Positions 8,057-17,574 of a stretch of DNA of 46,966 nucleotides are shown in pieces. How positions within the stretch are numbered: position 1 is the stretch's first letter; each line of letters starts with the position of its first letter. Source of the stretch: Patescibacteria group bacterium (lineage in GTDB: Bacteria > Patescibacteriota > Microgenomatia > 0-14-0-10-38-17); contig JBMNVW010000001.1 in NCBI GenBank assembly GCA_050947035.1, positions 1-46,966 of the forward strand, read 5' to 3'. The notes under the pieces are model-generated. The model was given only the letters and a program-made list of their open reading frames with translations, was not told where the DNA came from and searched no databases. Both the position numbers and the translations under genes were made by a program.

Positions 8057-11000
8057 ATGATTAACTCTAAAAGTATTGTTAACAGGATTTATTCTTTTAT
8101 CGAACCTCTCTTCAAAGAACCCAAAAAACACTTAAAAACCTGGTTGGTTGTTATTATCTTTTTGACTTCTATTTGGTCCGTTGTTTTCTTCCTCAATCGC
8201 CCCGAACCAGCTCAAGCCTCTTGGTGGAATGAGACATGGCTTTATAGAAAGGCAGTTAATATTAGCAATGATAATGGAGAAAATTTAACTGACTTCCAAG
8301 TCGCCGTTACCCTAGACACTGCTTCCTTAATTACTGATGGCAAAATGCAGGATAGTTGTAATGACATCCGAATTACCGACATTAATGGAAAAATGCTTCC
8401 TCACTTTCTAGATTCTGTCCCCGGATGCAATAACGAATCCACTGTGATTTGGACTAAAATCCCCGAAATACCAACCGAAGGCAAAACAATTTATGTCTAT
8501 TACGGCAATCCTTCTGCCTCAAATCAAAATAACGGTGAAGAAGTACTAGAATCCGGAGGTATTTGGCTAACTAACTGGTATGATGGACACGCTTCTCAAC
8601 CTATTAACGAATCCGAAATGGACACACTTTTTTCCGCAGTTTCTTATTCAGATAGAGGCGGATGGGGTCCTCGATCCCAAATTGACTGTAATAATAACGC
8701 ATGTAACATCTACGGAACAGATTCAAACTACTTAACTTTACTGGAAGGGTGGATCTATGCACCGGAGTCTGGAACCTACGGGTTCGCTACCGATTCAGAT
8801 GATGCTTCTGATGTTCACATTAATGGAGCTAATTGGAAAGACAATGTTGGTGGCACGAACGTTGTCAGCTGGTACGGTGGGCATGGAACCTCTGGAAATT
8901 GGACACACAACGGAACAATCTCCTTAAACGCTGGTTTTCACAGATACGTTTACCGACACGAAGAAGTTAGTGGCGGAGACGATTGGCTAGCGGGCTGGCA
9001 GAAACCATCTGATACCTCTTATACTTTAATCCCCACTGAAAATTTTTATTATAGAAAACATATAGATAATGAGCCAGTAGTCGACACCACTCTCTCCGAA
9101 GAAATCTCCCCCGGACCCGTCGCCTACTGGAAATTTGATGAAGGGGAAGGAACAACGGCCCATGACTCCAGTGGACAAGGAAATGATGGAACAATCAACG
9201 GAGCTACCTGGCAAACTGAAGATATGTGTATTAGTGGAAAATGCTTGGAGTTTGATGGAACCAACAATATCGAGATCCCGAACCCTCTTCATCAAGACAA
9301 CTTAAACCAAGAATGGACAGTTAAGGCCTGGATTAAATTAGCCAACAACGTCGAAATAGGCACCCAATACTTAATATCTAGTTTTAACCTAGGACTGAGA
9401 CTTAATCACCACTCAGCAAATAAGCCCTTACTTTACTTAAACTCGGGAATAGATGATTACTATATTTACGGCACCCAAGATCTTAAAGATAATAATTGGC
9501 ATCACGTAACATTCATTTTCAGAAACTCCGACGGTTTGAGAAAAATATACATTGACGGAAAAGATGATTCTAGTAGCGGGCCAAATCACACCTCAACCCC
9601 TGCAGGTATTTCAGACACTATTTATCTTGGGACTGGCACTATCGGCTTCATCGACGAAATCAAAATCTACCCCTACGCCCGGACAGAGGAACAAATAAAA
9701 TCCGATTATGTTGCCAGAGCTTCAAGCAAAGGGTCAGGAGCGGTTTTTGGCCACAAGGCCGAAACAGCCCAAATAACGCCCATTGCTTCAAAGCTTGTCG
9801 CTCATTGGAAGTTTGATGAGGGATATGGGAGTACGGCCCATGACCATATCGGAGGAAACCATGGAACATTAAGCGGGACAACTGTTCCCGAATGGACCAA
9901 CGAAGGAAAAGTAGGAAAGGCTTTGATTTTTGATGGAATAGACAGTTATCTAACTGCGGATCTAAATGTGTCCCCGTCAGAAACAACAGTTTCGTTTTGG
10001 TTAAAAAATGCTTCTTATGGAGCTGGCCCTTACTTGTTTAGATCAAACGCTAACACCAGAACCTATATAGGAGTTAATAGTTCTAATAATTTGTATTTTA
10101 CAAAGGGCAGTCCCTCTACTTCGATAGCCTCCATTAGTAATCCCACAACAAATTCATGGACCCATGTTTTACTTAAATGGTGGTCTGACTCTGGCTCTTT
10201 ATATGGGCAAGCATTTATAAACGGAAAGCCAATAAATGATCCTGTTTTTTTTGAGGGAACTGCCAATGGATCATATATCACCGTGGGGGGGTTTTCTTCT
10301 ACTGGTGGACAAAACGCAGCGGGTTTTATCGATGAGGTAAAAATTTACAATGCCGCTCTTACCCAGGAAGAAATTCTCCAAGACTACAACCAGGGCATGG
10401 CGGCGGTAATGGGACAATCAAGCACCAACACCGGTTCCACCGCTCCAGGCGGATCAGCAGCACAAGAATATTGCGTCCCCGGCTCCAACGATACCTGCCG
10501 CCCACCGGTAGCCGAATGGAAATTTGACGAGAAAACTGGTGATACTGCCTATGATACTTCCGGTAATAACAACGAAGGCACATTAGTTAACAACCCAACC
10601 TGGCGTTCAACCGCTTTTTGCAAAGAAGGAGGGTGTTTGGAGTTTAATGGAAGTAATTATGTTTCTAAGAATAATTTTTCGGGTTTGACAGGAAAATCAG
10701 GTGCTACTATTGAGTTCTTTGCTCGACCCACTACTCTAGCCGAAGGCTCTTACGCTTTTTGGGCAGATAGTAACACTTTAATAGAAATTGGCTGTTCTTC
10801 GACCTTCAGTTGCGATGAGAATGATGCTAGGGTCAGGTGGCATTTAGACGGTGCTTGGAGAAATAGTCATATCGCCACCGATAGCGTTGAACAAAATCAG
10901 TGGGACCATTGGGTTTTTCTTTTTGATAGCGGTAATACTAAAATCTATAAAAATGGGGTTGAAATCTATTCTGGTTCAGACAGCCAAACTTCAATTACTT

Positions 11001-11857
11001 CTTCTAATTCCGACTACTACATTGGCTATCGCGAAGAAGGCTATAACAACTTTAATGGCTTGATAGATCAGATCCTTATCTACGACTATGCCCGCACCCC
11101 CGCCCAAATCGCCTGGGATTATAATCGCGGGAAACCGGTTGGGCATTGGCGCTTTGACGAGTGCCAGGGTACTACTGCTTATGATGTTTCCGGCAATGGC
11201 AATCACGGGACAATTAATATCGGCGCTACCGCACCGCAAACCTCCGTCGGCACTTGCGCTTCAGAAAATTCCGCTCATGCTTGGTATAACGGAAGAGAAG
11301 GAAAATGGGGGGCAAGTTTGAGTTTCGATGGGATGGATGATTATGTTGCTATAACCGACAACAATCTGTTAGACGCTAATTCAAATACGGGATTTTCTGC
11401 TTTTGCTTGGGTAAAATTTTTTGACATTCCTTCTAGTGGATATCAACACATAATAAATAAAGGATGGAGTACAACAGAAGGATATTTTTTGCGCCTATAC
11501 AATCTTCAAAAAAAGATTCAAGTGAAAATAGAAGACAATAATGGCAATGTAATAAGCGATGATCAAAGTGGACTATCTTCAAACACCAATATTGACACAA
11601 ATAGATGGTATCATCTCGGCCTAACATTTAATGGTACAGAAACAAAACTCTATTTGGACGGCAGAGTAGATAATTCATCAACAGACGAAGACATTGGTGA
11701 TGCAACCAACTCTTTACCGGTTAAGTTTGGAGTAGCCCAAGGAAACAGTGCCCCCGTAAACGGCCTAATCGACGATGTTCGAATATATAATTACGCATTA
11801 ACCCCGTTACAAATCAAGACTCTTTATAATGACGGAGCAGTAAGATTTGGAGATTAG
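8057..11857 (+). CDS. Secreted/surface protein: TM/signal, DUF2341, PA14-like domain, 4 LamG-like domains
   Basis: Paralog of 3949. EGWIYAPESGTYGFATDSDDASDVHING...ISLNAGFH...EEVSGGD is PA14-like; four LamG repeats. Confidence 0.88.
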   Translation: MINSKSIVNRIYSFIEPLFKEPKKHLKTWLVVIIFLTSIWSVVFFLNRPEPAQASWWNETWLYRKAVNISNDNGENLTDFQVAVTLDTASLITDGKMQDSCNDIRITDINGKMLPHFLDSVPGCNNESTVIWTKIPEIPTEGKTIYVYYGNPSASNQNNGEEVLESGGIWLTNWYDGHASQPINESEMDTLFSAVSYSDRGGWGPRSQIDCNNNACNIYGTDSNYLTLLEGWIYAPESGTYGFATDSDDASDVHINGANWKDNVGGTNVVSWYGGHGTSGNWTHNGTISLNAGFHRYVYRHEEVSGGDDWLAGWQKPSDTSYTLIPTENFYYRKHIDNEPVVDTTLSEEISPGPVAYWKFDEGEGTTAHDSSGQGNDGTINGATWQTEDMCISGKCLEFDGTNNIEIPNPLHQDNLNQEWTVKAWIKLANNVEIGTQYLISSFNLGLRLNHHSANKPLLYLNSGIDDYYIYGTQDLKDNNWHHVTFIFRNSDGLRKIYIDGKDDSSSGPNHTSTPAGISDTIYLGTGTIGFIDEIKIYPYARTEEQIKSDYVARASSKGSGAVFGHKAETAQITPIASKLVAHWKFDEGYGSTAHDHIGGNHGTLSGTTVPEWTNEGKVGKALIFDGIDSYLTADLNVSPSETTVSFWLKNASYGAGPYLFRSNANTRTYIGVNSSNNLYFTKGSPSTSIASISNPTTNSWTHVLLKWWSDSGSLYGQAFINGKPINDPVFFEGTANGSYITVGGFSSTGGQNAAGFIDEVKIYNAALTQEEILQDYNQGMAAVMGQSSTNTGSTAPGGSAAQEYCVPGSNDTCRPPVAEWKFDEKTGDTAYDTSGNNNEGTLVNNPTWRSTAFCKEGGCLEFNGSNYVSKNNFSGLTGKSGATIEFFARPTTLAEGSYAFWADSNTLIEIGCSSTFSCDENDARVRWHLDGAWRNSHIATDSVEQNQWDHWVFLFDSGNTKIYKNGVEIYSGSDSQTSITSSNSDYYIGYREEGYNNFNGLIDQILIYDYARTPAQIAWDYNRGKPVGHWRFDECQGTTAYDVSGNGNHGTINIGATAPQTSVGTCASENSAHAWYNGREGKWGASLSFDGMDDYVAITDNNLLDANSNTGFSAFAWVKFFDIPSSGYQHIINKGWSTTEGYFLRLYNLQKKIQVKIEDNNGNVISDDQSGLSSNTNIDTNRWYHLGLTFNGTETKLYLDGRVDNSSTDEDIGDATNSLPVKFGVAQGNSAPVNGLIDDVRIYNYALTPLQIKTLYNDGAVRFGD

Positions 11858-11942
11858 GCGCGGAGTAAACTCCGCTACTCCAAACTCGCGCGCAATAAAT
11901 TGCCCTACTTCAAGAAACGAAGTAGCGAGCTTTAGCTCGCAC
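11858..11942. repeat. Cluster of three GTAG-type REP hairpins
   Basis: 11858-11878, 11888-11908 and 11922-11942, with stems GGAG/CTCC, GCAA/TTGC and GAGC/GCTC. Confidence 0.9.
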
Positions 11943-12275
11943 TTAACTCCAAATCAACGAAAAAAAATAGAAAAAATAATAACTCTTGGTGACTTAAATT
12001 TGGCCAAAACCCTTTTAGCTTTTTACTTACCAGAATATTTTGATATTCCCTTTTGGTATCAATATACCGACCATGTAATAAGAAACGACAAAGATTTTTA
12101 TTGTCATCTAAACTATATCCATCAAAATTGTGTTAAACACGGATTAAGTAAAAAAGTTTCACAATATAAATTTTCTAGTTATAATAGTTGGTTAAGGGAA
12201 AAGGGCAAATTATGGATAAGGGAAGTTTTGGAAAAATACCCAATTGTTGATTTTGGAGGCGAATGGCTGGAATAA
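11943..12275 (+). pseudogene. Truncated REP-associated tyrosine transposase (RAYT), C-terminal part only
   Basis: FWYQYTDHVIRNDKDFYCHLNYIHQNCVKHGL...YKFSSY retained; HUH motif absent; REPs on both sides; the 5' part of the track ORF is translated REP sequence. Confidence 0.75.
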
Positions 12276-12276
12276 A

Positions 12277-12343
12277 GCGCGCAATAAATTGCGCTAGTTC
12301 AAAAAAAACAAAAAAAAACGAAATAACGGACTTTAGTCCGCGC
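12277..12343. repeat. Pair of degenerate GTAG-type REP hairpins
   Basis: GCGCGCAATAAATTGCGCTAG (12277-12297) and ATAACGGACTTTAGTCCGCGC (12323-12343). Confidence 0.85.
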
Positions 12344-12359
12344 CTAATTACTATTAAAC

Positions 12360-15300
12360 ATGTTCAATAAGCAATCGTTTAAACAATTCATCGACAACGC
12401 CTACTCTTTTATCGAACCTCTCTTCAAAGAACCCAAAAAACACTTAAAAACCTGGTTGGTTGTTATTATCTTTTTGACTTCTATTTGGTCCGTTGTTTTC
12501 TTCCTCAATCGCCCCGAACCAGCTCAAGCCTCTTGGTGGAATGAGACATGGCTTTATAGAAAGGCAGTTAATATTAGCAATGATAATGGAGAAAATTTAA
12601 CTGACTTCCAAGTCGCCGTTACTATTGATACTGCTTCCCTAATAACAGACGGTAAATTACAAAATGATTGTGCTGATCTAAGATTTACTGATATTAATGG
12701 TAAAGTCATTCCTCATTGGATAGAAGAAAACAACCCCGGTTGTAATGATGTTTCTACCAAAGTCTGGGTTAAAGTTCCTACTGTTTATGATGGCACTGAT
12801 GCTACCACTATCTATACTTACTACGGTAATGCTTCTGCCACAAACTCAGAAGACAGCAAGGATGTTTTTGAGTTTTTTGATGATTTTTCTACTGATACAA
12901 CAGATAACTATGCCTGGACAACCGTCGATACAAATTCTCCCACCAATTCTCATAATTGGAATCAAGAAAATAATTGGGTTGAAATAAGAACCGGCGATAA
13001 TGACGCCGAGTCTTCTTCCAAAAACACAAACCTACCTTCCTCTGGCCATGCTCACATATTAATGACTAAAAGACTGGATTATCCAAGTGCTAACACACAG
13101 TATTTAGATATAATCCAGGATAGTTCGAATTATTATCGTTTTGAATGGCAAGGGTCAGCATATTCAGACCAGGGAATATATAAAAGAATTAACGCTTCAA
13201 CCGTTGATTCATCTGAAGAAACAGGCACAATTGATGCAGATGATACTCAATACCGTATAGACACATATTGGACACCAAACAAAATGATTTTAGAAATTGA
13301 CGGTGTAGAGAGAAAAAATATTAATACCACCAACACCACAGAAATCACACCAACTTCTTTTCTTTTTTTTAATAGCCAAATAAACCAAGATTGGGAATTA
13401 ATTTTTATTAGTAAATATACTTCCATCGAACCTACCACTTCCTTAGATTCCGAAGAAATCTCCCCCGGACCCGTCGCCTATTGGAAATTTGATGAAGGCA
13501 CAGGAACTACGGCCAATGACTCCAGTGGACAAGGAAATGATGGAACAATCAACGGAGCTACCTGGCAGACTGAAGATATGTGTATTAGTGGAAAATGCTT
13601 GGAGTTTGACGGAGACGATTATTTAGAGTTTGGCAATGAAAAAAATCTTGATTTAGAAAATGATTTGACAGTGTGTTTTTGGACTAAATTTAACAGTACC
13701 TCCGGCGACCAAGGACTTTTGCATCGCGGTTCCATTTCAAATAACTATTATAGCTCTAGCAATTATACTTTCAGAGAATCTAGTTCAAAATTAATTTTTG
13801 CGATTGGAGATAATACAGAAAATAATCAATATACGAAACAGGAAATTATTAGCGAAACTGAAGAAAATAATTGGTACTACGTTTGCGCTGGAACAGAAGG
13901 AGGCAATATGTTTTGGAGTGTCAACGGAAATAATAAAAATGAAAAAACATTAGCTTATGAAACCAAAGACACTCAAAACAACGTTCTTTTAATTGGAAAA
14001 AACGGCGGATCGGAATTTTTTAATGGCTTCATGGATGAGGTTAAAATCTACCCCTACGCCCGGACAGAAGACCAAATCAAATCCGACTATGCCGCCGGCT
14101 TAGCCGGAGTTGGCTCAACCAAAGGCTCCTCCGCTATCATGGGAAGTAGCGGACTTCAGTCCGCGCTCTCCGATGGCCTAGTTGGTTATTGGAAAATGGA
14201 TGAATCATCCTGGGACGGAACCGCTGATGAAGTAATTGACTCTTCCGGTAATGGTAATCACGGTCAAGGTGTTGGCGCCACTCCCCCGACTACTGGGGCG
14301 GGAAAATTTGGTAATGGCGGGTTATTTGATGGGAGTGATGACCTAGTTAAAATTACTCACACAGATACTTTTAACTTTGACTCTGATGAAATTACCATAT
14401 CCACATGGATCAACCCAACATCACTAAATACAAATGACTTTATCATAGGGAAAAGTCAATCATACAACGGATTCTCTCTTAGATTAGATTCAAGCAACGC
14501 GTCATATTTAGAGTTTTACATTGGCGACGGTAGTTCATACTACTTTACATCAGACCAAAAGGCTCACGGCATGACAACAGGAAATTGGTATCAAGTTACA
14601 GCAACATTTAACGGATCAACAATGGATCTTTTTGTCAATGGAGAATCAATTGGTTCCGCTTCTGCCAACTTTTCCCCGAGTTGGGGAACACACGATTTGA
14701 TAATCGGAGCTGATGCCGCCGAAGATAATGAAATTCCTGGCAAAATCGACGAAGTTCGTATCTACAACCGCGCCCTGTCCCCCGCCGAAGTCAAAGCCCT
14801 TTATGAATGGGCGCCGGGGCCGGTGGCGCATTATACCTTTGATGATTCCAGTAATAACACCACCCTTGCCGACATTTCAGGCTACGGCAATGACGGCACT
14901 TGGTCTGGCAGCAGCACTAATCGCTATGCTCCGGGGAAATTTGGAAGTGCGGGGGTGTTTAATGGGAGTGATGATTATGTAAATGTCGCATCATTAACTG
15001 GAAACAGTTTTCCGAATTTTACTATTTGCGCATGGACATATGCCAATACCGCACCGATCAACGACGCAATATTTGCCTATAATACGTCTGGAGATAATCG
15101 TTTATATCTTACATATAATACCTCTACCTCAATAAAAATTGGCCTAAGCGATTGGAACCCCACTATTTCTGTGAATAATTTATTGAATAAGTGGTCTTTT
15201 AACTGTCTAACCCTAAATGGAATTCATGGTAAATACTATATCGATGGGATTTTGACAGCAGAAAATGAATCTATTAATGTAGATTTGCCTTCGGGAAATT

Positions 15301-17540
15301 TAAAAATCAATCACCTCAGTTACCCCTTTAACGGCCTCATTGACGACGTTCGCATCTACAATTACGCTCGGACGCAGAAGCAAATCCTGGAAGACATGCA
15401 AGGCAGCATGCCAGGAGCCGCCCGCATGCCCCAACCTATCGCCCATTGGCGGTTTGATGAGGGGTATGGGACAACAGTGAATAATTCCGGCTTTGGGGGT
15501 TCGGATTTAGATGGGACATTGGGAGCCGGCGACTCTGCCCCAAGTTGGACCAATGAAGGAAAGGTGGGAAAAGCGCTAGAGTTTGATGGAGATAAGAGCA
15601 TTATAAGTATTACAAGTAACGAAACTAATTTCACAAATGAAGATTTTACTGTAAGTGTTTGGACTAAGGCAACGATTAGCCAAGGAAGTAATAAAAGAAT
15701 AGTCGCACAAGGAACATACCAAGCAGATGGATGGGAAATATTTAATAGTGATGGTAAGGTAGAATTACGAACATATCAAACCGGGACCTTTCAGGGTTCA
15801 AGTGCAAATTATAACGATGACGGAAAATGGCACCATATAATAGTTATAAGAAAAAATACTACTGCTAAATTTTACATCGACGGAGTCTTAATAAATGAAG
15901 GCACTGGTCATAATAGTCCGACCATTAGTGATGACAACCTAGAAATTGGTGGAAACACAGATCATGCGGGATATTATTATAGCGGCCTCATTGACGAAGT
16001 CAAGATTTATAACTACGCCTTATCGGAAGAAGAAGTAAGACAAGACTACAACCAAGGAAAAGCTCTGGTGATGGGGCAATCATCAGCCAACACCGGCTCG
16101 ACCGCTCCGGGCGGGTCGGCATCGCAGGAATATTGTGTACCGGGATCCAACGACACCTGCCGCCCGCCCGTGGCCGAGTGGAATTTTGAAGAAAACACGG
16201 GAACTACGGCCCGCGACACGTCGGGCAACGACAATAGTGGAAATTTGGGAGTTGGTGATTCGGCTCCATCGTGGGATATGGGCCATAATTCGTCTGGAGC
16301 TTCTCTAAATTTTGACGGGAATGATTATGTTGATACTGCAGATATTAACTCTATTGAACTCAATGAAGCAACCATTTCATTTTGGGGAAAAATTAATAAT
16401 ATCAGCAAGGACAATGATTTCATAACAAAAGGGACACATAGCACTAACCAGCCTCTGCTTATATGGTTTGATAGTGTTGTTGGTTCTGGTGGCGATAAGG
16501 GAACGGGAAATACCAATACATTGTCCGTTATAACTTATGACGGATCAACCCAACACTGGGTTGCCGCCCCCACAAACACCATAAACGACACAGATTGGCA
16601 TTTTTACAGCATTGTCATTAACCCCACAAACAATAAAATTGAAATATTGGTTGATGGCATTCTTGTAGAGCAAAATACAAAAAGTTGGAACGGTATTCGA
16701 GATACAGCAACGGCTTTAAGACTTGGTAATCCCACACCCTCATCTTCTGCGGCAGGCTTAGATGGCCTGATGGACAATGTTCGCATCTACGACTACGCCC
16801 GGACTCCGGCTCAAATCGCCTGGGATTATAATCGCGGCGGGCCGGTAGGGTGGTGGAAGTTGGATGAATGTCAGGGAACAACCGCTTACGACTCCTCAGG
16901 AAATGCCAATCATGGGACAATTAATATTGGCGGATCGGGCTCGCAAGATACTGCTGGTTCCTGTGGAGTTGGCAATACTGCTGCAGCCTGGTACAACGGA
17001 AGAGAGGGAAGGATAAATAGTGCGATGAGTTTTGATGGGGTGGATGATTATGTGGATGTTGGGAATGACTCCTCAATAGCAAATTTCTCGTCTAATTTTA
17101 CAATAAGCGCGTGGATTCATCCTAATAGTGGTGATGCAGGCGGAATAGTCGCTAGAAATAATCGAGGATCACCATGGAACCACCTGTTGCAGATGATGGG
17201 CGAAACCTCTGTCCGAATAAGGATGTGGTCAAATGGTACTGATGCTGGCACTGGAGTAAATTATTATTTTTATCCAGATAATCTCGTAGGAAAATGGACT
17301 CATTTGCTATACACATTTGATGGTTCAAAAGTAAGAGCATATGTTAATGGAAAAGAAATCAATAATTGGGACAGAACAGACCCTATTGATATCGGGCAAA
17401 GAACAATAATTGGAGAATATACTGGAAGCTCAACTTTTAACGGCCTTATCGATGATGTCCGCATCTATAACTATGCGTTGACAGGGGAGCAGATTAGGAC
17501 GGTTTATAACCAAGGATCTAGTGTAAGATTTGGAGACTAA
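12360..17540 (+). CDS. Secreted/surface protein: TM/signal, DUF2341, 6 LamG-like domains
   Basis: Paralog of 3949 and 8057; six LamG starts (PVAYWKFDE, LVGYWKMDE, PVAHYTFDD, PIAHWRFDE, PVAEWNFEE, PVGWWKLDE). Confidence 0.88.
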   Translation: MFNKQSFKQFIDNAYSFIEPLFKEPKKHLKTWLVVIIFLTSIWSVVFFLNRPEPAQASWWNETWLYRKAVNISNDNGENLTDFQVAVTIDTASLITDGKLQNDCADLRFTDINGKVIPHWIEENNPGCNDVSTKVWVKVPTVYDGTDATTIYTYYGNASATNSEDSKDVFEFFDDFSTDTTDNYAWTTVDTNSPTNSHNWNQENNWVEIRTGDNDAESSSKNTNLPSSGHAHILMTKRLDYPSANTQYLDIIQDSSNYYRFEWQGSAYSDQGIYKRINASTVDSSEETGTIDADDTQYRIDTYWTPNKMILEIDGVERKNINTTNTTEITPTSFLFFNSQINQDWELIFISKYTSIEPTTSLDSEEISPGPVAYWKFDEGTGTTANDSSGQGNDGTINGATWQTEDMCISGKCLEFDGDDYLEFGNEKNLDLENDLTVCFWTKFNSTSGDQGLLHRGSISNNYYSSSNYTFRESSSKLIFAIGDNTENNQYTKQEIISETEENNWYYVCAGTEGGNMFWSVNGNNKNEKTLAYETKDTQNNVLLIGKNGGSEFFNGFMDEVKIYPYARTEDQIKSDYAAGLAGVGSTKGSSAIMGSSGLQSALSDGLVGYWKMDESSWDGTADEVIDSSGNGNHGQGVGATPPTTGAGKFGNGGLFDGSDDLVKITHTDTFNFDSDEITISTWINPTSLNTNDFIIGKSQSYNGFSLRLDSSNASYLEFYIGDGSSYYFTSDQKAHGMTTGNWYQVTATFNGSTMDLFVNGESIGSASANFSPSWGTHDLIIGADAAEDNEIPGKIDEVRIYNRALSPAEVKALYEWAPGPVAHYTFDDSSNNTTLADISGYGNDGTWSGSSTNRYAPGKFGSAGVFNGSDDYVNVASLTGNSFPNFTICAWTYANTAPINDAIFAYNTSGDNRLYLTYNTSTSIKIGLSDWNPTISVNNLLNKWSFNCLTLNGIHGKYYIDGILTAENESINVDLPSGNLKINHLSYPFNGLIDDVRIYNYARTQKQILEDMQGSMPGAARMPQPIAHWRFDEGYGTTVNNSGFGGSDLDGTLGAGDSAPSWTNEGKVGKALEFDGDKSIISITSNETNFTNEDFTVSVWTKATISQGSNKRIVAQGTYQADGWEIFNSDGKVELRTYQTGTFQGSSANYNDDGKWHHIIVIRKNTTAKFYIDGVLINEGTGHNSPTISDDNLEIGGNTDHAGYYYSGLIDEVKIYNYALSEEEVRQDYNQGKALVMGQSSANTGSTAPGGSASQEYCVPGSNDTCRPPVAEWNFEENTGTTARDTSGNDNSGNLGVGDSAPSWDMGHNSSGASLNFDGNDYVDTADINSIELNEATISFWGKINNISKDNDFITKGTHSTNQPLLIWFDSVVGSGGDKGTGNTNTLSVITYDGSTQHWVAAPTNTINDTDWHFYSIVINPTNNKIEILVDGILVEQNTKSWNGIRDTATALRLGNPTPSSSAAGLDGLMDNVRIYDYARTPAQIAWDYNRGGPVGWWKLDECQGTTAYDSSGNANHGTINIGGSGSQDTAGSCGVGNTAAAWYNGREGRINSAMSFDGVDDYVDVGNDSSIANFSSNFTISAWIHPNSGDAGGIVARNNRGSPWNHLLQMMGETSVRIRMWSNGTDAGTGVNYYFYPDNLVGKWTHLLYTFDGSKVRAYVNGKEINNWDRTDPIDIGQRTIIGEYTGSSTFNGLIDDVRIYNYALTGEQIRTVYNQGSSVRFGD
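14146..14166 (+). repeat. GTAG-type REP embedded in the LamG coding sequence
   Basis: GTAGCGGACTTCAGTCCGCGC, 21 nt, read as part of GSSGLQSAL. Confidence 0.85.
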
Positions 17541-17574
17541 CATGACACGCTAATCAACGCCAATAAGAACACGA

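Noticed and set aside
11847-11942. N-terminus of the 142-aa track ORF as a real protein start
   Set aside because: It overlaps the LamG-2 stop and is simply three REPs translated; only the distal part resembles RAYT.
3388-17540. Diversity-generating retroelement (Avd-like gene next to repeated target genes)
   Set aside because: No reverse transcriptase in the window. The repeated blocks are all coding, and mismatches (e.g. 5625-5790 vs 9643-9810) include C/T and reciprocal A/G changes, so they are not adenine-specific TR/VR pairs.
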